From the NCBI GenBank assembly GCA_036512415.1, contig DATCAV010000101.1, forward strand, positions 1 to 43,167: a stretch of DNA of 43,167 bases. Reading direction: 5' to 3'. This document shows positions 42,943 through 43,167 of this stretch, in pieces; the first letter of the stretch is position 1; each line of letters opens with the position of its first letter. Position numbers and translations under genes: made by a program. The notes under the pieces are model-generated. The model was given only the letters and a program-made list of their open reading frames with translations, was not told where the DNA came from and ran no database searches. Source of the stretch: Candidatus Dormiibacterota bacterium. GTDB lineage: Bacteria; Chloroflexota; Dormibacteria; Dormibacterales; Dormibacteraceae.

Positions 42943-43167
42943 GCTGCGACTCCCTGGACCATCCGTCCGTCCCGCATGACTACCGTGCGCTGCGCCACCG
43001 GCGCGACCTCCGGGTCGTGCGTGATGATGACGATGGTGCGGCCCTGCCGGTTGAGGTCGCTAAGTATCGCGAGCACGTCGCGGCTGGCGACCGAGTCGAG
43101 GTTGCCTGTCGGCTCGTCGGCGAGGATGAGGTCAGGGTCGGTGACGAGGGCTCGCGCGATCGCGACT
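42939..43167 (-). CDS. ABC transporter ATP-binding protein (MacB/LolD-type), C-terminal fragment (gene continues past the right edge)
   Basis: My minus-strand translation reads [75 protein letters not shown]. This covers Walker B, the D-loop and the H-loop. It is not in the ORF track because its start lies outside the window. Confidence 0.8.
   Translation of the reverse strand, partial: VAIARALVTDPDLILADEPTGNLDSVASRDVLAILSDLNRQGRTIVIITHDPEVAPVAQRTVVMRDGRMVQGVAA

Noticed and set aside
1-43167. Search for rRNA, tRNA, CRISPR arrays, transposases, integrases, prophage or toxin-antitoxin modules
   Set aside because: I saw no tRNA-like T-arm motifs in the intergenic regions, no rRNA-like stretches and no regularly spaced repeats. 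No ORF carries DDE, tyrosine/serine recombinase or phage structural motifs. All sizeable ORFs are accounted for by metabolic, transport, regulatory or division genes.

Overview
High-GC, densely coding bacterial chromosomal segment with many GTG starts, frequent 4-nt ATGA/GTGA start-stop overlaps and lipobox lipoproteins. This style fits a Chloroflexota/Actinomycetota-like lineage, but the taxon cannot be fixed from the sequence alone. I support about 45 protein genes and found no rRNA, tRNA, CRISPR array, transposase, integrase or phage genes. Left to right the window holds: a partial M24-like gene; a PfkB sugar kinase; a DUF2236/MpaB oxygenase-family gene plus an ABC1/UbiB kinase; and two paralogous OmpR-type winged-helix regulators, one with a degenerate receiver and one with no receiver. 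Next come a Zn alcohol dehydrogenase and an 8-gene translationally coupled operon (peptide/nickel-type ABC importer, two amidase-signature enzymes, a patatin-like hydrolase). These are followed by an aldo/keto reductase, an orphan CheY-like regulator, a GNAT, a third amidase coupled to a GT1 glycosyltransferase, an MBL hydrolase and a class-III aminotransferase. Then come ftsE-ftsX plus a coiled-coil M23 peptidase. A LacI-family regulator sits between two operons. The minus-strand one is HIBADH-like dehydrogenase, M24 hydrolase, E1 alpha, E1 beta, psuK, psuG. The plus-strand one is a Liv-type ABC importer, a CrtI-like flavoenzyme and an alpha/beta hydrolase. The window ends with a MacB-type ABC exporter and a tandem-DUF5666 lipoprotein. 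The observations most worth follow-up are four. (1) A 61-64 nt (about 75 nt with flanks) GC-rich, hairpin-rich DNA repeat is present twice, both times inside coding sequence and in partly different reading frames. (2) A shared PurR/RbsR-like operator-promoter module ties the two LacI-flanking operons into one uncharacterised catabolic regulon, which includes an E2/E3-less E1 alpha-beta pair. (3) The importer-amidase-amidase-patatin operon has no obvious characterised counterpart. (4) The OmpR-family pair has no kinase and appears phosphorylation-independent. All functional calls come from reading motifs by eye; no database search was possible.
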